In this document: positions 56,926-64,000 of the stretch, one piece after another
Numbering within the stretch: position 1 is the stretch's first letter
How the letters are laid out: each line of letters opens with the position of its first letter
Source of the DNA: Fimbriimonadia bacterium
GTDB lineage: Bacteria; Armatimonadota; Fimbriimonadia; Fimbriimonadales; JABRVX01
DNA: 64,000 nt
Direction of reading: 5' to 3'
NCBI GenBank assembly: GCA_041483895.1
Contig: JBGPGO010000003.1
Span: forward strand, 128,001 to 192,000
Made by a program: the position numbers and the translations under genes
The notes under the pieces: generated by a model
What the model was told of the DNA's origin: nothing
Seen by the model: only the letters and a program-made list of their open reading frames with translations
Databases searched by the model: none

Positions 56926-57857
56926 TTCTCGTATTCAAATGTGTCGTTGGCATGTTGGTAGCCCAAGCGTCGGTTGGTGGCAAGCATGGCCTCGTTGTTC
57001 TTTGCATTCTCGGTCATTGCCAGTTTGTACCCGTCATCTCTTGCCTGCTTGAGGGAAACGAGTTTCATCACGCCCGACAGGCCCTTGCCGCGGTGATCGC
57101 GCTCGACGCCGGTCATATCGGTAAATACGATCTTCTTCGGGCGATATCCCAGCGCCGTCATGCCGACGAACTGGTTGTCTTTCATAGCGACCACGAGCTG
57201 TCGCGGGGCCGTTCCCGGGCTGTGAAAAATCCACTTTTCCCAGGCCTCGTAGCTTTGGGGTTGCGGAACGGTTCCCTCCGTCGGCATGTCGCCGTCCGCC
57301 TGAACGGTGAGGGCATGAACCTGCCGGCGGTTTTCCGGCGTGTCGCACTGATCGAAAGTCAAGAATTGATACCCGGCCGCTTGCAGTTCGACGGCTCGCT
57401 CAGCAAAGACATGGAACTGCGCTTCGGAGAGAAGCAGCTTCGATTCGGAGTTCTTGTTGACGCATTTCATGCCCATTTTTTCCAAGAACATTCCGCCGCC
57501 AGGGTCCGTGGACGACGACCAGGATTGCATTATTCGCGCGCCGCTCTTCCAGGCGATCTCTTCAATATCTTGGAACAGCCTTGTTCCGATGCCGCGTCGG
57601 CGCCATTCGTCCGCTACCACGGTGTGCATCCATCCACCGTCCCGATCTTCACCACGGATTTTGATGCGAGCGCTGGCCATCCCAAATAACTGGGAGTCGT
57701 GCTCCGCCACCAAACGGAACACCTGTCCGTTGGGGTCGGCCGTCTCCCATCGCGATTCCATTTCTTCGGCGGAGGTGGCGAGATGGTCTGGCCAGACGGA
57801 ATTGGTCAGCTCCACAATTCGCTCGATGTCGGCGCGGGATGCATGTCGATATGTGAT
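56910..57857 (-). CDS. Tandem GNAT acetyltransferase; probable ATC start at 57857
   Basis: VADEWRRRGIG and TGVERDHRGKGLS..K..TEN...N.AM..N.RLGY motifs; ORF-track start lies inside tRNA-Lys. Confidence 0.82.
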   Translation of the reverse strand: MTYRHASRADIERIVELTNSVWPDHLATSAEEMESRWETADPNGQVFRLVAEHDSQLFGMASARIKIRGEDRDGGWMHTVVADEWRRRGIGTRLFQDIEEIAWKSGARIMQSWSSSTDPGGGMFLEKMGMKCVNKNSESKLLLSEAQFHVFAERAVELQAAGYQFLTFDQCDTPENRRQVHALTVQADGDMPTEGTVPQPQSYEAWEKWIFHSPGTAPRQLVVAMKDNQFVGMTALGYRPKKIVFTDMTGVERDHRGKGLSGVMKLVSLKQARDDGYKLAMTENAKNNEAMLATNRRLGYQHANDTFEYEKWLTP

Positions 57858-57877
57858 CTGTGGGTCCTTAAAAAAAA

Positions 57878-57952
57878 TGGTAAGCCGGGTGGGATTCGAA
57901 CCCACGGCCCACGGCTTAAAAGGCCGTTGCTCTACCACTGAGCTACCGGCTC
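57878..57952 (-). tRNA. tRNA-Lys (TTT)
   Basis: GAGCCGG/CCGGCTT acceptor, anticodon loop CTTTTAA, GTTCGAATC, CCA end. Confidence 0.96.
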
Positions 57953-57986
57953 ACAGCGGAAAAGCATACCTGACCTTTTCTCCCTT

Positions 57987-58087
57987 GCGCTGGGGTCTTG
58001 GGTATCGGTGCTCGAAAGGAACTGTCGGACGAGAACCCCAGCGCATCGGGGGTGGGGTGTTACGCGCTGGGGTCTTGGGTATCGGTT
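57987..58087. repeat. REP-like hairpin plus partial second copy
   Basis: GCGCTGGGGTCTTGGGTATCGGT twice; first closes with CGAGAACCCCAGCGC; resembles 49893 family. Confidence 0.65.
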
Positions 58088-58219
58088 TGTGGCCCGTGTA
58101 CAAATGTAACGAAGCGCCGTCAGTTGGGATGACAGCGCTCCGTCGCGAGAGTAGGTTATGAAACCTTAGATTCGTACCGTCAAACGCGTGAGCTGCGGGA
58201 AAAGTTCGGCAAAGGCGAA

Positions 58220-59011
58220 TTATGTGCGCGAGTCTGTCTGTTTTCGAAGCTCGCTCGCGTATTGGGCAAGCTGAGTGGGAGGCATTTCAGAAAAAACGAC
58301 GTAGGTCCGGTCGCCCGTCTGCCAGCAAAGGGCCGCACGGGGTCCCGTCTCGTAGCACTGGTATTCCGCTCCGCGATAGGTCATCTTCATTCCGCTTGGC
58401 AGGTGGCCGCCTCGCTTCAGGTACATCATCAAGCAGAGCATTTTCTTGGACGGCGCCTGAAAATCGTATCGGACCTGGCCAAGCTTCGCATTGACGACGG
58501 TCACGGCCATCATGCGCAGACCGCTGGATTGAACCTGCAGTACCGGGGTCTTCTCGCCAACATTGGCCTCAATGTGGGCCATTGCCCGCGAAGCATCGGA
58601 GGTTTCCAGCTTGCCCGGCTCATCCATCATCATGTCCATCGGCTCCAGCATTTCCGATACCTGGACGTTGTACTGCGGGAGATTTCTGTAGTGATTGATG
58701 CCGAGAAGAACGATAATCACTGCCGCTGCCGTGGATGCCCAAACGAGTCGTGGGAACGACCAGATTCGGTTCCGATCCATCTCGGCTTGGACCGCGGCCG
58801 ATACCGCAGCGGGCATGGCGGCTGGTGCGGTATCGGCGCCGAACGACCTCATCCGCTCTCGATAAATGGCCAGGTCGGCCACAACTTGCGAACAGTCGGC
58901 GCAGGACGGCACGTGGGCTTCCAAATCGCGCCGGTCCTGGTCGGACATCGGCGCGTGGTCAGCCCACGCGCGAAGCGTCTCCCTGTCAAATCGGTCGCAT
59001 CCGTTGTTCAT
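58220..59011 (-). CDS. Zinc-finger anti-sigma factor with TM and periplasmic domain
   Basis: HVPSCADC motif, TM, ATGA overlap with sigma. Confidence 0.85.
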   Translation of the reverse strand: MNNGCDRFDRETLRAWADHAPMSDQDRRDLEAHVPSCADCSQVVADLAIYRERMRSFGADTAPAAMPAAVSAAVQAEMDRNRIWSFPRLVWASTAAAVIIVLLGINHYRNLPQYNVQVSEMLEPMDMMMDEPGKLETSDASRAMAHIEANVGEKTPVLQVQSSGLRMMAVTVVNAKLGQVRYDFQAPSKKMLCLMMYLKRGGHLPSGMKMTYRGAEYQCYETGPRAALCWQTGDRTYVVFSEMPPTQLAQYASELRKQTDSRT

Positions 59012-59550
59012 TTCGTCGATTCCGTCTTGCCGATCCGTCGATTGCTCGCGTAATCGGCCAGCAATCTCTTCAATATCTCCCGCCCCCGATTCAATCGAGA
59101 CCGGACGGTTCCAATCGGGATGCCGATGGTGTCCGCAGCCTCTTCGTACGTCATCCCTTCCAAGTCCACGAGAACGACCGCAAGCCTGACACCCTCCGAA
59201 AGCGACTTCAAAGCGCAGTCGATTTCCTCATCCAAAGCGCCCGCAATCTCTATCGTTCCATCGCCTTCCGGCGCCGGCATTTCATCGTCCAGGCCGGTGA
59301 TATTCACCTTGCGCGTCTTACGAATCAGGCTGATGTACCGATTTGTCAGAATACGAATCAGCCAGGCCTTCTCATTCGTCCCTTCCGCAAAGGTATCGAA
59401 GGCTCGGAAGGCCCGCAACAGGGTGTCCTGGAGCAGATCCTGGGCATCGTCCGGATTTCGGCTCAGGCGGAGCGCTGCACCGTATATGCCCGCCCCGTGC
59501 TCTTCGACCATCTGGTCGAACCGCGCCTGCTTCGATCGGTCGGTACTCAT
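59008..59550 (-). CDS. ECF RNA polymerase sigma factor
   Basis: DAQDLLQDTLLRAF, KAWLIRILTN, YEEAADTIGIPIGTVRSRLNRGR. Confidence 0.95.
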   Translation of the reverse strand: MSTDRSKQARFDQMVEEHGAGIYGAALRLSRNPDDAQDLLQDTLLRAFRAFDTFAEGTNEKAWLIRILTNRYISLIRKTRKVNITGLDDEMPAPEGDGTIEIAGALDEEIDCALKSLSEGVRLAVVLVDLEGMTYEEAADTIGIPIGTVRSRLNRGREILKRLLADYASNRRIGKTESTK

Positions 59551-59641
59551 CTAAACGCCTACTATAGCCGGAATGGTTCGCCCATTGCATGTACCCTTAC
59601 CTGGTTTGCCGTTGTGGCGTTAGGTGTGGCAGAATCGGCGA

Positions 59642-61072
59642 ATGTCTGTACGCGTTCGTTTCGCCCCCAGTCCCACCGGTTTCCCCCATGTCGGCAATAT
59701 TCGGACAGCGCTGTTCGACTGGCTGCTCGCCCGGAATATGGGCGGAACGTTCATTCTGCGCGTCGAGGATACGGACCGGTCCAGGGAGGTGGAGGGGGCG
59801 CGGGAGGGGATAAAGGAGGCGCTCCGGTGGCTCGGGATGGATTGGGACGAGGGGCCGGACGTGGGCGGACCGTTCGCTCCTTACAATCAGAGCGAGCGGC
59901 TTTCGATCTATCAGCCTCTGTACCAGCAGCTTCTGGCCCAGGGAGACGCGTACAAGTGTTTCTGTACCTCGGAGCGGCTTGCCGGGCTGCGGAAGAGCCA
60001 GGAAGAGGCGAAGAAGCCCACGATGTACGACCGGCACTGTCGCCAGCTGTCCGATGCGCCGGAAGGGCAGCCGTTCGTCATCCGATTGAAGATGCCGCTC
60101 GAGGGCAAGACCGTGCTTCACGACTATCTGCGCGGCGATGTCGAGTTCGACAACGCGCTCGTCGACGACCCGGTCCTGATCAAGAGCGACGGCTTTCCGA
60201 CCTACCATTTCGCGGCGATGGTGGACGACCATCTGATGGAGATAACACATGTCATCCGGGCGGAGGAGTGGATCAGCAGCGCGCCCAAGCATATCCGGCT
60301 GTACGAGGCATTTGGATGGCAGCAGCCGATCTGGGTGCACCCATCCATCATCCTCGGACCCGACCGCAAGCGTTTGAGCAAGCGGCATGGGGCGACCGAG
60401 GCGCTGGCTTTCCGCGACGAAGGCGTTTTGCCGGATGCCCTGGTGAACTTTTTGGCCCTATGCGGCTGGTCGCCGGGAGACGATCGGGAAGTGATGACGC
60501 GGCGGGAGCTGATCGAGGCGTTTTCCCTGGACGGGATCCAGGTCAGCCCGGCGATTTTCGATCACGAGAAACTGAAGTGGATGAATGGGGTCTACATCCG
60601 CCAGATGCCCTTGCCGGTGTTTGGCGCGGCATGCCGGCCGTATTTGGGAGAAGTGGATGCACCAGACGAGTATATCGAGGCAGTGGTGGCTTTGGAGCAG
60701 GAGCGTGTCCGGACACTGTCGGAGATCAAGGAGGCAACATCGTTTTTCTTTGATGAGGCCTTCGAGTACGACGAGAAGGGGGTCGAGAAGTGGTTTCGGC
60801 AGGGCGATCCTCGTCCTATCTTGGAGGCGATGGTGCGGCGCTTGGCGGCGCAAGAGCACTGGTCGGCGGACGGGCTCGCGCCGATCGCTGACGCCGTCGC
60901 GGAGGAACTTGGGCTGGAAAAGCGGGCCCCGGTTATCCACACGGCGCGAGTCGCAATCTCCGGCCGGACCGGCGGTCCGGGTCTATTCGACATGATGACG
61001 GTCATGGGAAAGGACCGGGTCTTGCGTCGCATTCATAGGACGCTTGAAACCCATTCGGCTTCAGCGCCGTAG
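59642..61072 (+). CDS. gltX: Glutamate--tRNA ligase
   Basis: VRVRFAPSPTG.PHVGN, LRVEDTD, RLSKR, anticodon-binding domain. Confidence 0.97.
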   Translation: MSVRVRFAPSPTGFPHVGNIRTALFDWLLARNMGGTFILRVEDTDRSREVEGAREGIKEALRWLGMDWDEGPDVGGPFAPYNQSERLSIYQPLYQQLLAQGDAYKCFCTSERLAGLRKSQEEAKKPTMYDRHCRQLSDAPEGQPFVIRLKMPLEGKTVLHDYLRGDVEFDNALVDDPVLIKSDGFPTYHFAAMVDDHLMEITHVIRAEEWISSAPKHIRLYEAFGWQQPIWVHPSIILGPDRKRLSKRHGATEALAFRDEGVLPDALVNFLALCGWSPGDDREVMTRRELIEAFSLDGIQVSPAIFDHEKLKWMNGVYIRQMPLPVFGAACRPYLGEVDAPDEYIEAVVALEQERVRTLSEIKEATSFFFDEAFEYDEKGVEKWFRQGDPRPILEAMVRRLAAQEHWSADGLAPIADAVAEELGLEKRAPVIHTARVAISGRTGGPGLFDMMTVMGKDRVLRRIHRTLETHSASAP

Positions 61073-61074
61073 CA

Positions 61075-61386
61075 GTGCTATTGGGAATATTGGAAATTGT
61101 CATCCTTTTCGCATTCGTCGTCATCCTGGTCGTTGTGATCATGGTCATGATACGGTTTTTCGTGCGCGGACCGGCGCTTGGGGGCGGATCGGAGGGGAAT
61201 GTGCACCAGATGCGCCAAGAAATCGATGCGTTGCGTGACGAGGTTAGGGATCTGAAGGCTTTGGCCACCAACAGCACGGCAAGCGTGGATCGCACTTTGC
61301 AACTCTACTCTGAGCGCCTCGATAAGGTCGAATCCAAGGTCCATCAGTCCGATGAGCAAGTTCAGCGGCTGGGGAATGATGTATGA
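61075..61386 (+). CDS. Small TM + coiled-coil protein, paralog 1 of 4
   Basis: N-terminal TM, coiled coil, C-terminal QRLG. Confidence 0.75.
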   Translation: MLLGILEIVILFAFVVILVVVIMVMIRFFVRGPALGGGSEGNVHQMRQEIDALRDEVRDLKALATNSTASVDRTLQLYSERLDKVESKVHQSDEQVQRLGNDV

Positions 61387-61395
61387 TACACACGC

Positions 61396-61722
61396 ATGCT
61401 TGAACGAATTCTGCAGGAATTGCACGGCGTACCAATCGTCCTGATCTCCATTGGGGTGATGGTATTCTTGATCTTGGTCGGAGAAGCACTGAAAGGGGTT
61501 TTCACGCGTCCCCACAACCGGCGTGACATGCGGGCGGTGAATGATTTGGAGACTGAGGTCGGATCATTAACTGCGGAGATGAAGGAATTGCGCGACATGG
61601 TGACGCAGCATTCGATGAGTCTTCAGCAGAACGTTGATTCTTTGGCCCATCGAGTGGACAGTTTGGAGAACAATCGCACCGAGAGCGAGCCGATCCAACA
61701 GCGGCTCGGGGCGGAAGGGTAG
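61396..61722 (+). CDS. Small TM + coiled-coil protein, paralog 2 of 4
   Basis: TM, ELRDMVTQHSMSL, QQRLG. Confidence 0.78.
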   Translation: MLERILQELHGVPIVLISIGVMVFLILVGEALKGVFTRPHNRRDMRAVNDLETEVGSLTAEMKELRDMVTQHSMSLQQNVDSLAHRVDSLENNRTESEPIQQRLGAEG

Positions 61723-61727
61723 GCGGG

Positions 61728-62036
61728 ATGGGACCGGGGGAGACTTTTGCGAGCTTTCTGTTTTTCGTCACAGTGATCACTCTCGTCTCTATTTTCACGC
61801 ATCATGCGCGCAAAATGGCGGAGATTCGGGCGGGCGCCCCGCAGAATCCTCAGTTGCCGGTGGAAGGTCTAGAGGCGATGCGACAAGAGTTTCTGACTCT
61901 CCGTGAAGGTATTACGTCGCATGCGATGAGCGTGGATCGGCGGTTGGAGTCCATGGAAGCGCGCTTCAAGCAACTCGAAGCGCAGACATCGGCCGGCCAA
62001 GATGTTCATCATCGCTTGGGCGGGGCGGGGGGTTAA
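61728..62036 (+). CDS. Small TM + coiled-coil protein, paralog 3 of 4
   Basis: TM, H.RKMAE, TLREGITSHAMSVD, HHRLG. Confidence 0.78.
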   Translation: MGPGETFASFLFFVTVITLVSIFTHHARKMAEIRAGAPQNPQLPVEGLEAMRQEFLTLREGITSHAMSVDRRLESMEARFKQLEAQTSAGQDVHHRLGGAGG

Positions 62037-62038
62037 CG

Positions 62039-62356
62039 ATGCCGAACATCGCCGGGATTCTTGCCCTGATGGTTCCGATTGTAGCGTTGTTTATCCCCAT
62101 CGTAGCGATCATTGTATCGCACAACCGAAAAATGGTCGAACTGCGGATGCAACATGAATTGATGATGCGCGGGCAGGGCCAGCTCGATACAGGCGCCGTG
62201 CCGGGACTTCGGGACGAGTTCGCAACGCTGCGCGAAAGCCTGACCGCGCACGCGATGAGCTTGGACGAGAACATGAAGGCGCTTGGTTCGCGGCTTACCG
62301 CCATCGAGAACAAAGTGAATGAGAAAGATCCGCAGTCGATTCGGTTGGGCGAATGA
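62039..62356 (+). CDS. Small TM + coiled-coil protein, paralog 4 of 4
   Basis: TM (PIVALFIPIVAII), H.RKMVE, TLRESLTAHAMSLD, IRLG. Confidence 0.8.
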   Translation: MPNIAGILALMVPIVALFIPIVAIIVSHNRKMVELRMQHELMMRGQGQLDTGAVPGLRDEFATLRESLTAHAMSLDENMKALGSRLTAIENKVNEKDPQSIRLGE

Positions 62357-62856
62357 TCGGCGCCGGTGATCGGTTCCTTGACTTCACGCTGGCGGACCGC
62401 GCCGGGAAATCCTACGATACAAGAACCGCACGGGCCGATGGGCCGCTCTTTGTCGCATTCTTCAAGATTAGCTGCTCCGTTTGCCAACTGGCGTTCCCAT
62501 ATCTGCAGCGCGTCGCCGATGCCTATCCGGGAATGAAGATTTGGGGGGTCAGTCAGAATTCTGCCGATGAGACATTGGATTTCGCGCGGCAGTACGGCAT
62601 TCGGTTTCCGGTGCTGTTCGACACGGATTTGTCGGTTACGGATGCGTTCGATTTGGTGTCCGTGCCGTCGCAGTATTTGGTGGGTGCGGATGGCGTTGTG
62701 CAAGAGTTCTGCGGCGGATGGTCCAAGGAGTTCATAGACGGCGTTACACGAGTCGCCGCGGATGCGTCCGGCGTGCCATTCCTGTCAGTGATTGGTCCAA
62801 CCGATTCTGTACCCGATTGGAAGCCCGGCTGAGGCAGCAAACGCGGGCCTCGGTGA
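62353..62856 (+). CDS. AhpC/TSA (TlpA-like) redoxin, putative selenoprotein with C-terminal KPG-U-GSK
   Basis: FFKISCSVCQ CxxC; TGA 62830-32 followed in frame by GSKRGPR-stop and a perfect hairpin. Confidence 0.75.
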
Positions 62857-62861
62857 GGCCC
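62845..62861 (+). promoter_or_regulatory. Candidate bacterial SECIS element
   Basis: GGGCCTC-GGT-GAGGCCC perfect stem 12 nt after the UGA. Confidence 0.6.
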
Positions 62862-62975
62862 ATGTCGGCAAAGTCGGACTCGCATGGAATGACAGGCAAG
62901 AACCGTCGACGACTATAACTTCAGTCGTTTCGACCACGGCACTTTCTTCGCGATAAACTTCCCGCTCTTTTCGTT

Positions 62976-63491
62976 CTAGTGATAGACGACTGCTTTGCGA
63001 TGTTCCCGGCTGTAATCGTCCATATCCGGCACGATGATCGTCATCCGGCCACCGTCGTTCACGATCTCCGGAAATGCGGGTGGTCCAAAGCCTGCGGTGT
63101 CCAACAACAAAGCTGGCTTGTCGTTACGCATGCCGAGAATGTGAAGCCCAAAACCGCGACCGGCGGATTCTGTGACAATGATGAACCCGTTGCATTCCCA
63201 ACCATTTTCCAACCATGGAATGACGGAACAGACGTATGAACCAATCGACCTCGTCCAGACCATCTTCTTACCGCTATACAATCGGACGACATCCCCGTTT
63301 GGATCGTCAGAATGCACGGCGATAAGGCTCCATTCGCTTCCGTACGCATGGTACTGCCCAATCACCCATTCTTTCCCCTCTGCCATCTTCATAAATCGGT
63401 CCGCTCGCGCCTCAGGTGAAGTGTCAAGACGCTGCGGACCCGAAGCAAGTGAGAAAAGAATTGCAAGGATGAGAACTGTAAATCGGAACAT
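62976..63491 (-). CDS. Hypothetical secreted protein
   Basis: Signal-peptide-like MFRFTVLILAILFSLA at 63491. Confidence 0.55.
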   Translation of the reverse strand: MFRFTVLILAILFSLASGPQRLDTSPEARADRFMKMAEGKEWVIGQYHAYGSEWSLIAVHSDDPNGDVVRLYSGKKMVWTRSIGSYVCSVIPWLENGWECNGFIIVTESAGRGFGLHILGMRNDKPALLLDTAGFGPPAFPEIVNDGGRMTIIVPDMDDYSREHRKAVVYH

Positions 63492-63600
63492 GATAGGATT
63501 ATTACGCAAGGATGCCGCGATCGTCCAGACATTTTTTGATCGCTGTGCCAAAATGACGCGCCGGCACAATAGTCCGTGACACTTTGGGAGATGGCCATTT

Positions 63601-64000
63601 ATGATTAGGAAGATGATTGCGCTGATAGCGGCGTGGTCCACAATTGGCGGCGCCCAAGCGCAGGATGCGTCTTGGGTCATCGGTATGGAACAGCTGCATC
63701 GATTGGACCTTCTGCCTGCCTTCAAGAGATCGATCAGGATTGGCAGTGTAACCAGCTACGATCGCACCGGCGGAAACGATGACGGCTTCTCCGGCAAGTA
63801 TTCATTTGTCGGCAAAGAGGGCGAAAACCTGGTCCTCGCCGACCTGAAAGGGCCGGGATGCATCTACAGAATCCATACGCCCTCGCCGACCGACGATCTG
63901 CTTGAGTTCTACTTCGACGGCGAACCGTCGCCACGCATCAGGACTTCGTTCCGCGAGTTGTTCGCGGGGAAGACCCCGCCATTTGTCCGTCCTCTGGTTG
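63601..64000 (+). CDS. DUF2961/GH172-like secreted protein (runs off window end)
   Basis: Manual translation: signal peptide, TSYDRTGGNDDG, VLADLKGPGCIYRI, EFYFDGE; GGGAG RBS. Confidence 0.8.
   Translation, partial: MIRKMIALIAAWSTIGGAQAQDASWVIGMEQLHRLDLLPAFKRSIRIGSVTSYDRTGGNDDGFSGKYSFVGKEGENLVLADLKGPGCIYRIHTPSPTDDLLEFYFDGEPSPRIRTSFRELFAGKTPPFVRPLV

Noticed and set aside
57858..57938. GNAT N-terminal extension MVEQRPFKPWAVGSNPTRL
   Set aside because: It is the translation of tRNA-Lys
58735..60753. 672-aa ORF and other long alternative-frame ORFs (e.g. 20989..22281, 32301..33548)
   Set aside because: Shadow ORFs overlapping well-supported genes in GC-rich DNA, with no motifs

Overview
This is a GC-rich bacterial chromosome segment. 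PEP-CTERM proteins, secreted proteins with a C-terminal dockerin-like module and the general gene content suggest an Armatimonadota-like lineage, which is an inference. Housekeeping genes are thyX, rph-rdgB, smc, rpmH-rnpA-yidD-yidC-jag, cdaA-cdaR, rsmA, gltX and tRNA-Leu, -Trp and -Lys. Interspersed are two ECF sigma/anti-sigma pairs, secreted beta-propeller, beta-helix and glycoside hydrolase proteins, and several REP-like palindrome clusters. No CRISPR array, prophage or transposase was found. Main findings: (1) two hidden selenoprotein candidates with in-frame UGA at 34077 (C-T-U) and 62830 (KPG-U-GSK), each followed by a 7-bp stem with a GGU loop resembling a SECIS element; (2) a triplicated family of about 90-aa unknown proteins at 6.6-8.7 kb, with a start-less third copy and a conserved 3'-UTR motif; (3) four tandem paralogous TM/coiled-coil mini-proteins between gltX and the second selenoprotein; (4) a naturally circularly permuted sugar-binding lipoprotein; (5) a GTAG...CTAC REPIN-like element whose ends coincide with stop codons, plus repeat-like in-frame inserts in rsmA; (6) probable ATC initiation in two GNAT genes; (7) candidate structured RNAs at 25.7-26.0 kb and 44.45-44.56 kb. 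All family calls come from motif recognition by eye; no database searches were run.
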